Positions 8,832-20,025 of a stretch of 64,000 bases of DNA are shown here, piece after piece. Under the pieces are notes generated by a model. It saw only the letters and a list, made by a program, of their open reading frames with translations. It was not told the DNA's origin and made no database searches. The translations under genes were made by a program, and so were the position numbers. This DNA comes from a bacterium (GTDB taxonomy: Bacteria; Planctomycetota; UBA11346), in NCBI GenBank assembly GCA_020047915.1, contig JAIFND010000020.1, forward strand, positions 467-64,466, in the 5' to 3' direction. Numbering within the stretch: position 1 is the first letter of the stretch; every line of letters begins with the position of its first letter.

Positions 8832-10364
8832 ATGCGCATAAAGCTTTCTCCTACGATGATCTTCCTGACCGGGGCGCTGTTGGTCGGATGCAGCAATGCC
8901 TCCGACCTGCGCCGCTCTGCCGAGCAGCGGATGCCGGTTGATGGTCCGCTGGCCGCCGCTGGTACCGCCGAACGTCTCGCTGCCCGCGCCGAGGCCGCGC
9001 CGATCACCGCCGAACGCCCGCTCCCCGAACCCCTGTCGATCCAGGCCTGCATCGCCTGGGCCCTCGAACACAATCGTGATCTGCGGGGTCAGATCAGTGT
9101 CGCCGAGCGTTCGCGCTTGGACGTGACGACCGCACGCAGCGCGACCTACGCTCCGCGCCTGACCGCCAGTGCCGGCCGGACGCTGACCAGCGATGCCGCC
9201 GGGACCGAGCGCTCCGATGAGGCCGAGGCGCGCATCGCACTGAACACCAACCTGCTCGGCTTCACCTTGTCACCCTATGCCAGCAGCTCCTGGAGCGACC
9301 CCGACAGCACGGGCGATGCGACGCCCTATGCCGGGGCGGTCGGCATCTCGATCGGTCGCCGCCTCTTTGCACTGCATGAGGACGCCCGGTTGTCGGCGCA
9401 GCTCAGCCAGGCCGACCGTTCTTTCACCAAATCGGTCAACAGCCTCGCCCTGCGCTCCCGGCGCATGGCCCTGGATGCGGCGCGGGCCTTCTACGACCTG
9501 CAGAAGGCGGAAACGCGCATCCGGCTGCGCGAGAGCCGGCTCGAGCAGGCCAAGGTGTTCCTCGCCAGTGTCCGTGAATCGGTGGCGGCTGGGCTCAAGG
9601 CCCCGGTCGAGGAGACCAACGCCCTGATCGACTTCAACCAGGCCGAGGCCAACCTGCTCAGCGACCGCCAATCGGTGGCCAACGCCAGGGATCGCCTGCT
9701 GTCGCTCCTCGACCGTCCACTCGGCGGATCCATCGCCATCCTGCCCTCGGACGTGACCGGGGTCAGGCCGGTCCTGCCTGAACTCGCCAGCGACATCACC
9801 CAGGTCCTCGTCCAGCACGAGGATCTCCTCAATCTGCGCATCGAACTTGAGCAGAGTCGCGAGGACACCGCCATCGCGCTCGACCGGCTGGCGCCCCAGG
9901 TGACCGCCACCGCCTCGGCAGCGCGGCACTGGGAGGGCGATCAGCCTTCAGGTTTCGGTCAGACCGAGGATGTCGTCGCGCTGAAGCTCGAACTCGACAT
10001 GCCACTCGACGCCTGGTCGGGCGAGCGGGCCGGCCTGCGCAAGCAGGAACGCCAGCAGCGTGAGTTGCGCCTGCGCCTGCGCTCGTCCGAGATGGACCTT
10101 GAACGCCAGGTCCGCGAACTGCGCCGCCGCATCGAGGTGCAGTTGCGCACGGTGCAGTTGTCGATCCAGCGGCTTGAGGCCGAACGTGCCAAGTTTGCCG
10201 CCACCGAGGCCAGCTACCGTACTGGTCGGGTGGACAACCTCGAACTGACCCGTGCCCGCGAGACGGTCGATCGTGCCGAGGTCGATCTGCTGGAAGCCCG
10301 CATCGATCTGGTGCTGGCCCTGGCCGAACGCGAGGCCCTGGTGCCTGCGGAGGCGGTGCGGTGA
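8832..10364 (+). CDS. TolC-family outer-membrane efflux protein (lipoprotein signal)
   Basis: 510 aa. Lipobox LLVGC. Two-repeat helical OEP-like sequence (LSIQACIAWALEHNRDL..., ...ARIDLVLALAEREAL). GTGA overlap with the next gene. Confidence 0.85.
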   Translation: MRIKLSPTMIFLTGALLVGCSNASDLRRSAEQRMPVDGPLAAAGTAERLAARAEAAPITAERPLPEPLSIQACIAWALEHNRDLRGQISVAERSRLDVTTARSATYAPRLTASAGRTLTSDAAGTERSDEAEARIALNTNLLGFTLSPYASSSWSDPDSTGDATPYAGAVGISIGRRLFALHEDARLSAQLSQADRSFTKSVNSLALRSRRMALDAARAFYDLQKAETRIRLRESRLEQAKVFLASVRESVAAGLKAPVEETNALIDFNQAEANLLSDRQSVANARDRLLSLLDRPLGGSIAILPSDVTGVRPVLPELASDITQVLVQHEDLLNLRIELEQSREDTAIALDRLAPQVTATASAARHWEGDQPSGFGQTEDVVALKLELDMPLDAWSGERAGLRKQERQQRELRLRLRSSEMDLERQVRELRRRIEVQLRTVQLSIQRLEAERAKFAATEASYRTGRVDNLELTRARETVDRAEVDLLEARIDLVLALAEREALVPAEAVR

Positions 10365-12862
10365 GACGTCGGCTGCTCGCCGGGGTCCTGCTGCTGGGCG
10401 CCTGCACCACCGGACAATCTCCAGTGGCGGCGGGGCTTCCCGACGTGGCTGCCGTCAGCGTACCGGCCGAGGGTTTGTGGATCGGCCTTGATGCCGACAC
10501 GGAACATCTCTCCCCGATCGGCTTCGGCCCCAGTGTGTCCTGGGTGCCGTTCTCCCGGGTGGTCGCGGATGGAGCTGCGGTGGTGCCCGGAGATGAACTG
10601 GTCGCCTTCTCCGAAGACGTCCTGCGCATGTGGAACGAACGTGACTCCTTCTCCATCGCGCGCGACGAGCAGGAACGCCGGCTCAGCCTTCTGCGCGGCG
10701 AAGGGGACATCGAGGGATTGGTCAGCCGGATCCGCCAGCTTCAGGCCCGCCGCGAGGTGATCGCCGCCCAGCTCAAGGCAGCCGACCACATCGATGCCGA
10801 GCAGGTACGCATCGCCGAACTCGGCCTGGCCGACGCCCAGACCCAGTTCGCCGCCGCCCGCTTGCGCAGCGACCGTCTCGAACGCCTCGCCGCTTCCGGA
10901 TCGCCGGTCAGTGGTTCCGAGCTGGCGCGGGCACGCGAGGAGGTGGTGCGGACCCGTTCCGGTCTGGCCGCGCCAACCGTGGCCCTTGAACTGGCCCGCT
11001 TGCCGGCCGCCGGTTCGACGGTGCGCCGCCTGCAGTTGGCGCTGGCCGATCTCGACGCCCAGCTGGGATCCAGCGAGACCGAGGGTCTGGCGGCCGAGCT
11101 GCGCACGGCCGAGGAGCGTCGCCGCCGCCGGCTCAGCGATGACGGTAGCAACGATCACCGGCGGCGTGACTTCATCAAACGCAAGGCCTTGCTGTCCGAT
11201 CCGACCCTACGCGCGACGGTCGCTGGCACGGTTCTCCTGCGCGATGAATGGACCCGGGTTGGCAATCGCACGGCCAGCGGCGTCGCCTGCGTCTTCGTGC
11301 TCAGCCGGGACGGCCTGGCCGCCCAGGTCCGGGTGCCGGAACGACTGCGCGCGCTGGTGACGCCATCCGCCCGGGTCACGCTGTTCCCGCCGATCGCCGA
11401 GGCCAGCCCGATCACCGGCCAGGTGGAGACGATCTCGGCTTCTCCGGACGAGGACCGCGAAGCGCGGCGTGTCTTCGTCGCCACCGTTCGCCTCGATAGC
11501 GTGCCGCCGGACCTGCGCCCCGGCATGTCGATGGCCTGCCGGTTGGCGGTCGAGCTTTCCGGCCGTCCGACGCTTGTCCCATCCTATTGCGTGCCTGATC
11601 CCGATCAGCCAGAGGTCGCCCTCGCGGACGGTGCCCGGCGCCGGCTGGACGGCTTCCAGGTCGGGGACTGGTTCGTCGCGCTGTCCGGGCTTGCCGCCGG
11701 TGAGCGGGTGCGCATCCCCGAGGGGGCTCCCGCTCCGGGCCGGGTGCGCGCCTCGGCCCTGGTCGAACCGGACGTCTTCGTGCCGGTCCTGCTCCGCTCG
11801 TGGAGCTGGGAAGTGGTCGATGTGCTGCCCGAAGGAACCCTCGTCCGGGCCGGCGAGCGCATCGCCGGCCTGTCGAAGACCGAGTTCTGGCGTCCGGTTG
11901 ACCAGTTGCGCAGCAATGCCGAACTCAGCCTGGTGCAGGGCCGGCTCGATCTGCAGATCGCCCAGCTCAGTGCTGCCGACCAGCGCGCGGCGGCGCAGGC
12001 CGCCTGGATACGTTCGGGGATCGAACGCGAGCGAGCCAAGCTGGAGTCGTGGGTGGTGCGGCGGTCCTACGATGCCGTGGCCGAGGCGCGGGTCGCTGCG
12101 ACGCTGGAGACGGCCGTGGTGACCCGCGAACGGGCCGTGCGTGAATTGGCGGCAGCCGAGGAGGAGCGCCGGGCAGGCGGTATCTCCGATGTGCAGTTGC
12201 GCGAGCGCCAGATCGCCGTGGAGAAGGCCGGATTAGCGCTCGATGATGCGCGTCTCGCCGCCGCCTCCAGCGAACTCGCCCGCGACTGGCTCGAACTCCG
12301 CCGCCTCGATGACTGGATGCAATGGACGGCCGACGATGAGGCGGCCAAGGGGGCCCAGGTGGCGATCGCTGGCGAGGCCTACCGGGCGGCGTTGGCCTCG
12401 GCGGCAGCCCGTTTCGAGGGCACCCGCCGCTGGGTCGAGGGTGACCTGGCCTCGATCGCCGATGAGGTCGTGCTGGCCCCGGCCGACGGCATGCTGGTCT
12501 ATACCCGGGGTTCCGGTGCGACTCCGCGGGCCGGGGTCCGGTTGCAGACCCAGGAACCCTTCCGCATCGCCACCGGTGCCGGCCGTCGCGCGACTTTCGA
12601 ACTGCCGGCGCGCTATTTCTCCCGGGTCGCGGTCGGTGACGCCATCCGCCTGCGCAGTCCCGGCCTGTCCGAGGAGATTCCCGGCCGCGTGACGCTGGTG
12701 GCCAACGCCTTCCTGCCGCCCCGCGGTTTCGCCGACGAGATCACCCTGGGACGCACCGTCGGCCCCGAAGAACGGATCTTCCGCATCACCGTCACCTTCA
12801 CGCCGCCAGGTGGGGACCCGGCCAAACTTCCACCTGGATCGACCGTACATGTCGATTTCTAG
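10361..12862 (+). CDS. Giant periplasmic adaptor-like lipoprotein with two tandem HlyD-like modules
   Basis: 833 aa. Lipobox LLGAC. Module 1 ends ...PITGQVETISASPD...FVATVRLDSVPPDLRPGMSMACRLAV. Module 2 ends ...VVLAPADGMLVY...VGDAIRLRSPGL...FRITVTFTPP...PPGSTVHVDF. Each module has a long Ala/Arg/Glu coiled coil. Confidence 0.78.
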   Translation: MRRRLLAGVLLLGACTTGQSPVAAGLPDVAAVSVPAEGLWIGLDADTEHLSPIGFGPSVSWVPFSRVVADGAAVVPGDELVAFSEDVLRMWNERDSFSIARDEQERRLSLLRGEGDIEGLVSRIRQLQARREVIAAQLKAADHIDAEQVRIAELGLADAQTQFAAARLRSDRLERLAASGSPVSGSELARAREEVVRTRSGLAAPTVALELARLPAAGSTVRRLQLALADLDAQLGSSETEGLAAELRTAEERRRRRLSDDGSNDHRRRDFIKRKALLSDPTLRATVAGTVLLRDEWTRVGNRTASGVACVFVLSRDGLAAQVRVPERLRALVTPSARVTLFPPIAEASPITGQVETISASPDEDREARRVFVATVRLDSVPPDLRPGMSMACRLAVELSGRPTLVPSYCVPDPDQPEVALADGARRRLDGFQVGDWFVALSGLAAGERVRIPEGAPAPGRVRASALVEPDVFVPVLLRSWSWEVVDVLPEGTLVRAGERIAGLSKTEFWRPVDQLRSNAELSLVQGRLDLQIAQLSAADQRAAAQAAWIRSGIERERAKLESWVVRRSYDAVAEARVAATLETAVVTRERAVRELAAAEEERRAGGISDVQLRERQIAVEKAGLALDDARLAAASSELARDWLELRRLDDWMQWTADDEAAKGAQVAIAGEAYRAALASAAARFEGTRRWVEGDLASIADEVVLAPADGMLVYTRGSGATPRAGVRLQTQEPFRIATGAGRRATFELPARYFSRVAVGDAIRLRSPGLSEEIPGRVTLVANAFLPPRGFADEITLGRTVGPEERIFRITVTFTPPGGDPAKLPPGSTVHVDF

Positions 12863-15800
12863 GCTCGTCCCTTCCCTGTTCCTGGCCTGTACCCTGGGCG
12901 CTGCCGAGATCGAGGTGCACAGCGTAGCCGATACCGTGACCGACAGCGGAGCGACCACCCAGCTCAATGCTCCGGGCAAGGATCTGATCCTGTCCTGGGC
13001 TGCGCCCGACGGGCAACTGGTGGGGACTGGCGAGGTGGTTTTCCGCTTCGACACCACCCTGATCGAGCGCCGTCTGGCTGATCTGCAGCGGGCAGCGGGG
13101 ATCGCCCGGCTGGAATTCGACCGTTCCATGGCCCAGCGCCGCTCCAGCCTGCAGGGCCTGGAGGGCGAGAGGCGGAAGCTACGCGCCGATCACGCCGCGC
13201 TGGCCGCCGCCATCCAGGTGGCTCAGCAGCGCGACCCCGACCAGATCGAACTGCTGCTGGCCCAGAAACGCCAGGCGGAACTCGCAGCAGCCATCGCCGA
13301 GCGCGAGGCTACGCGCATCACCGACGAGCATCAACGCGGGACGGCCAGCGTCGAGGCGCTGGAATCCGCCGTGCGTGCGGCCGCGCTCGCCCGGGCGGCA
13401 GTGGCCGGTCCTGAACTCGCTTGGCGCCTGGCCGTCGAGCCCGACGGCGAACCGACCAGTCTGCAGGTGCAGCGCATCCGCCTGCAGGGCCTGGCCGTCA
13501 AGCTGGGGCTAGGCAATGATGGGGCGGAGATGCCCATGCTCGGCATCGGTGCCCAGATCAGCAACCTGGTGCGGCAGATCGAGAGTGATGAGACGTCCTG
13601 GCGTACCAATCTCGAACGCAGCGAGGGCGAATTGCGCGAGGCCGAGCGCGACGTCCAGGATCGTACGCCGCTGATCTGGATCGAGGTGCGGCCGGCTGCC
13701 GGCGGCGACCCGCTGCTGCGCGTCCGCTTCGCCCCACCCGACCGGAAGCTGCCGGAGGGCTTCGTCCAGGCTGGAACCTGGGACCGGGATCTGGGTGCTG
13801 ACGAATTGATCTGGCGTGACGAACTGCCAGCGTCGAAGGCGTCCAAGCCGAATACAGGTGGCCAGGGTGGCGGCCGTATGGGAGGTCGGGGCGGTCCAAC
13901 ACCGGGGGCCGCTCCTGGCGGTGGTGGCGGCGGTGGTGGAGGAGGCGGGCGTAGTCGGCGTGGCGGAGTTGCCGCGCTCGGCGGTTTCTCCGGCGGTCTG
14001 GTGTTGCTCGCCAAGCCTGCCACCTGGTCGCATGCCTTGCCTGCCGGTCGTTACGCAGTGCGGCTTGGCCTGGGCGATCTGCGTGATTGGGATGGGGCCG
14101 CCATCCGCATCGAGGGCCGGCCCCTGGCCTTGCCGCCCCGCCTCGGCCCCGGCGAGAAGACCTTCACCCAGGAGGTCGAGGTGGCTGATGGCAACCTCGA
14201 CATCACGGTGGCCGACAACGAGATCAAGGCCGTCCGCGCCCAGGGTCCGGGCGTCGTCTCGCACCAGGGCCATGCCTACGTCGGATTCCGGATCCAGGAT
14301 CCCGCCCGGACCCTGTCCTTCCAGTCCGACCCCACGACCTTCGTCCTCGACACGCTGGTGGCGCAGGAACTGGCCCCGTTGCTTGCCGCGAACAGGCCCG
14401 AGGCGCCATCGACCGCGCCGCTGGCCGACCGCGTCCGGGTCGTCGGCCTGGAGGCGCTGCGCAGCGGAGGGCAGCGCCTGCCACTGACCGTCGTATCGAT
14501 CGGAGCGCAGAATGTGCGCTACACCCGGGGCGAGCGCGAGTGGTCAACCGGCAATCCGGCCGACAACACCGCGCGCGAGGTGCGCCTGCGCCCGCAAGCC
14601 GGACATCATGGCCAGCTCGCTCCTGGCGAGCAGGTCGGTCTGGTGCTCCGGTTCCAGGTGCCCGACGGGGCGACCGCCCTGCCACCGCATCTGGTGCGCA
14701 TCGATCGCCTGGGTGCGGTGGTGCGCGAACGTGGCGCCACCGCTGACCGGCCGGTCGAGGCGATACGCATCGGCGACAACGTGCTGGTCGCGGCCCAGGT
14801 CGAGGCCGACCGGCTGATCCCGCCACCCCCGCGAGCGGCGGGGCCGCGGCTGGATGCCCAGGGCCGGTTCGGCGGCGAGGTGATCCCCGGCCAGCGCACC
14901 CGGGTCGCCCTGCCGTGGTTGTGGGGCCGGGTGGAAAGCCTGGTCGCCGACGGCAGTCAGGTCGAGCTGGGCCAGGTCGTGCTGACCGTGTACAACCCGC
15001 AGATGGATAGCGACCGCGAGCGCCAAGAGCGCGAGCGCAAGGCGGCGGTCCAGAACATCATCGCCGCGGCCGAGGCCAGGCGCCAGAACCAGGCGCGGGC
15101 CAAGGACGACCACGCAGCCCGCCTCTCGGCCGAGCAGGAGGCGCGCATCCGCCTGCGCCGTTTCCTGGAACCCGACCCCAAGGGTGATCTGGATCGACGC
15201 GAGGCGGGACGACGGATGGTCGAGCAGGCCACAGCGGCGCGGCTGCGCAGCGAACGTCTTGCCGGACTCAGCGACGCCGATCGCGAGGATCTTGCCGATG
15301 CCGAAGTCGCGGTGCAGCGGGCGCAGCTGTCCGCCGCCCGCAACTCCCTCGACGAGGCCGCCTGGCTGGTGCGGCACGACTGGTTCGCCGCCCATGATCT
15401 GGCCGCGGCCTGGATCGACAAGGTGCAGGCCCTGGCTCGGCGCGAGTCCGAGTTGGCGGAAAGCGCCCAGCAGGAGCGGATCAGCACCCTGGCCGACCGC
15501 ATCGCCATGGACAGGGCAGTCGAAGGCAATCGCTGGGAACGCTACTTTGCCTCCAACCGCATGATCAAGGCCCCGGCTGCTGGGCGGATACTCTTCCAGA
15601 CCGGCTGGAACGACCAGGCCCAGCGTTCGGAGAAGATCGGCGAGGAGTTCCCGGTGTGGAGCGGCATGTCGGTGGCTGAGATCGTGGATGAGCGGACCCT
15701 GTCCTTCACCGCCGAACTGCCCGACGAGGTGTTCCCCCGGCTGAGCTCCGGAACCGCCTGCGAGATCGAATTCGATGCCGCCCCCGGCCGGCCGGTCGCG

Positions 15801-15980
15801 GCCGTGCTCAGCGAGGTTGGCCGGGCCTTCGTCATCCCGCGGGACCGGCTGCTGGGCGACGGCGAAGGTCAGCCGGTGACCAGTCGTCGCGCCTTCACCG
15901 CCATCGTCTCCTTCACCCCGCCCGAGGAACTCCGGGCACGCCTCGCCACCGGCGCCAAAGGCTGGCTGAGGGTCCCCTGA
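12849..15980 (+). CDS. Giant adaptor-like protein: two HlyD-like modules plus Gly-run and beta-rich insert
   Basis: Start taken at the ATG of MSISRLVPSLFLACTLG (possible lipobox) inside ORF 12810..15980. The C-terminal module reads MIKAPAAGRILFQ...SGTACEIEFDAAPGRPVAAVLSEVGRAF...FTAIVSFTPP...GAKGWLRVP. The central insert is described in the findings. Confidence 0.75.
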   Translation: MSISRLVPSLFLACTLGAAEIEVHSVADTVTDSGATTQLNAPGKDLILSWAAPDGQLVGTGEVVFRFDTTLIERRLADLQRAAGIARLEFDRSMAQRRSSLQGLEGERRKLRADHAALAAAIQVAQQRDPDQIELLLAQKRQAELAAAIAEREATRITDEHQRGTASVEALESAVRAAALARAAVAGPELAWRLAVEPDGEPTSLQVQRIRLQGLAVKLGLGNDGAEMPMLGIGAQISNLVRQIESDETSWRTNLERSEGELREAERDVQDRTPLIWIEVRPAAGGDPLLRVRFAPPDRKLPEGFVQAGTWDRDLGADELIWRDELPASKASKPNTGGQGGGRMGGRGGPTPGAAPGGGGGGGGGGGRSRRGGVAALGGFSGGLVLLAKPATWSHALPAGRYAVRLGLGDLRDWDGAAIRIEGRPLALPPRLGPGEKTFTQEVEVADGNLDITVADNEIKAVRAQGPGVVSHQGHAYVGFRIQDPARTLSFQSDPTTFVLDTLVAQELAPLLAANRPEAPSTAPLADRVRVVGLEALRSGGQRLPLTVVSIGAQNVRYTRGEREWSTGNPADNTAREVRLRPQAGHHGQLAPGEQVGLVLRFQVPDGATALPPHLVRIDRLGAVVRERGATADRPVEAIRIGDNVLVAAQVEADRLIPPPPRAAGPRLDAQGRFGGEVIPGQRTRVALPWLWGRVESLVADGSQVELGQVVLTVYNPQMDSDRERQERERKAAVQNIIAAAEARRQNQARAKDDHAARLSAEQEARIRLRRFLEPDPKGDLDRREAGRRMVEQATAARLRSERLAGLSDADREDLADAEVAVQRAQLSAARNSLDEAAWLVRHDWFAAHDLAAAWIDKVQALARRESELAESAQQERISTLADRIAMDRAVEGNRWERYFASNRMIKAPAAGRILFQTGWNDQAQRSEKIGEEFPVWSGMSVAEIVDERTLSFTAELPDEVFPRLSSGTACEIEFDAAPGRPVAAVLSEVGRAFVIPRDRLLGDGEGQPVTSRRAFTAIVSFTPPEELRARLATGAKGWLRVP

Positions 15981-17997
15981 TGCCACGTTCCTCCAAGGCG
16001 TCCCTGTGGTGGTGGGCTGGCGGCACCGCGTTGGTCGCTGGGACGACGCTTCTGCTGCTTACCCCGCGTGGCGAGGCCCCGCGTTCCTGGACCGAGCAGG
16101 TGTCGGCCGGAACCGGGGATATCGAACTGGTCCAGCGCGAACTCGGCGTGCTGGCGCCACGCGACCCCGTCGTCGCCAAGGTGCCGTTCACCGCCAAGCT
16201 CCAGTGGATCATCGAGGACGGCAGCTGGGTCGAGGCGGGCGACGACCTGTTCACCCTCAGCGACGAGGACGAGATCAGGCGGGTCGCCGAGTTGCGTTCG
16301 CAGCTGGTCCAGAACCGGGCCGAACTCCGGCTGGCACAGCTCAAACGTGCGCATGGTGAAGGCGTCGAAAAGCCCAAGCTGAATTGGGCGGAACGTTCGC
16401 TCGCCCTGGCCGAGCTGCGCCGCAAGCTGGTCTCGACGCAAGCGGTCGGTGGCCTGGAACTGGTCGCCATCGCCGAGGCGCTGCGGCCACTGGCCAAGGT
16501 GACCCTGGAGGCGCGCAGCCGGGCCGAGCAGGCCCAGGACACCTACCAGGAGGCTCTTGATGGCTATCTGGTTGCGCTAGAAGGCTGGCAGGGCAATCGC
16601 GACCGCATCCTGCGCCAGCAGGCCCTCATCGACGAGATCGAGGCTTCGACCGACACCAAGGATGGCAAGGCCGAGGAGCGGGCGGACCGCCTGGAGAAGG
16701 CCAAGGCCGACAGCGAAGCGGCGCGGGCAGCCTCGGCCGGCTTCGCCGAACGCCTGGCCGAGGCGCGACGACTGCGCGACGAACGCCAGGGCCCGCGTGA
16801 TGTGGCGGCGGCGGCGCTTGCCACCGCCGAGCAGGCCGAGAGCGACCTGCGCTTCAGGGCCGAGGTCGAGAAGCGGGCCCTGTCCATGTCCCGGCTCCAG
16901 CTTGATGAGCGGGACGCCCTCGTCGGACTCGCCGAAACGCGTCGGCGCGTCGAGGCGACCCGGGTCGCGGTCGAAGCGGGATCCCTCGCCCGCTCCGAGC
17001 TGGAACGGCTGCTCGACCAGTCGTCCCGCCAGGAGAACGAGCTGGCGGTGATCCGCGCCCGCCTGGCCATCGCCAGCCGTCCGCCGGATGCCGCCCAGCT
17101 CGCCGAGGCCGATGCCCAGCTCACCCAGGCGCGTACCGTGACCGAGGATGCGCGTTCGGCCTACACCCGGGCGCTCGCCCTGCTCGAGCAGGAAGTGGCG
17201 CTGAAAGAGGCCCAGGTCCGGCGCATCGAGGCCCAGATCCAGGAGCGCTCGGCCGGCTTCCCGGCCGTCCTCGAGGCCGGAGTGCGTTTCGCCGAGCGTG
17301 AACTGGCCCTGCTTGGCCCGGACGAAGCCGAAGAGCGCACCGCCGCCGAGCAGCGCCTGGCCCAGCTGCGCGACCAGCACGAGAAGTCACAGCATTCCCC
17401 GCCCAACCGGGTCAAGGCGCAGGCCGCCGGTCTGGTGCGCGTCATGCGCAATGGCGACCGGCAGCGCCAGGCTGGCGACCAGAGCTGGGAACTGGACAAT
17501 CTGGTCGAGATATTCCCGCCCGAGAACATGGATGTGCTGCTGCGCGTGAACCAGGCCGATGTCGGCCGGCTGCGCCTCGGCCAGGCGGCCTCGGTCACCG
17601 TCCCAGCCCTGCATGACCGGCAGCTGCGCGGGGAGGTGGTCCAGATCTCCGGGGCAGGCCGGGACAAGTTCAGCCGTCCCGAGTTCGCCGGCAAGGCGGG
17701 CTTCGCCGATGTGGTCGATTTCGAGGTCCGGGTCCGGCTGCTGGCCACCGAGGGGATCGAGTTGCGCCAAGGCATGGCGGCGCGCGTCGAGATCGTGCTG
17801 GAGAAGCGCAGTGGCGTGCTGCGCGTCCCCCTGGCGGCCGTGCAGCGGACCGCCGAGGGGGCCTGGACGGTCCTGCGCCGCGCTGGCGAGCCGCCCGTGC
17901 AGGTGCAGGGCCAGCCCTGCGGAGCGGAATGGTTCGTGGTCGAATCCGGGCTGCAGGCAGGTGATGCACTGGTGATCGAACGTACGAGGAACCGCTG

Positions 17998-17998
<1 letters not shown>
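15980..17998 (+). CDS. MacA-type periplasmic adaptor with strongly extended coiled-coil hairpin
   Basis: 672 aa. N-terminal TM WWWAGGTALVAGTTLLLL. ~330-aa coiled coil. C-terminus GQAASVTVPALHDRQLRGEVVQISGAG...GMAARVEIVLEKRSGVLRVPLAAV...WFVVESGLQAGDALV. TGATG junctions on both sides. Confidence 0.85.
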
Positions 17999-20010
<2,012 letters not shown>

Positions 20011-20025
20011 CGCCCAGGACGGGCC

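Noticed and set aside
13918-13950. Gly-codon run as a slippage-prone DNA microsatellite.
   Set aside because: The codons are a ggc/ggt/gga mixture rather than a perfect repeat, so it was treated as a protein low-complexity feature only.
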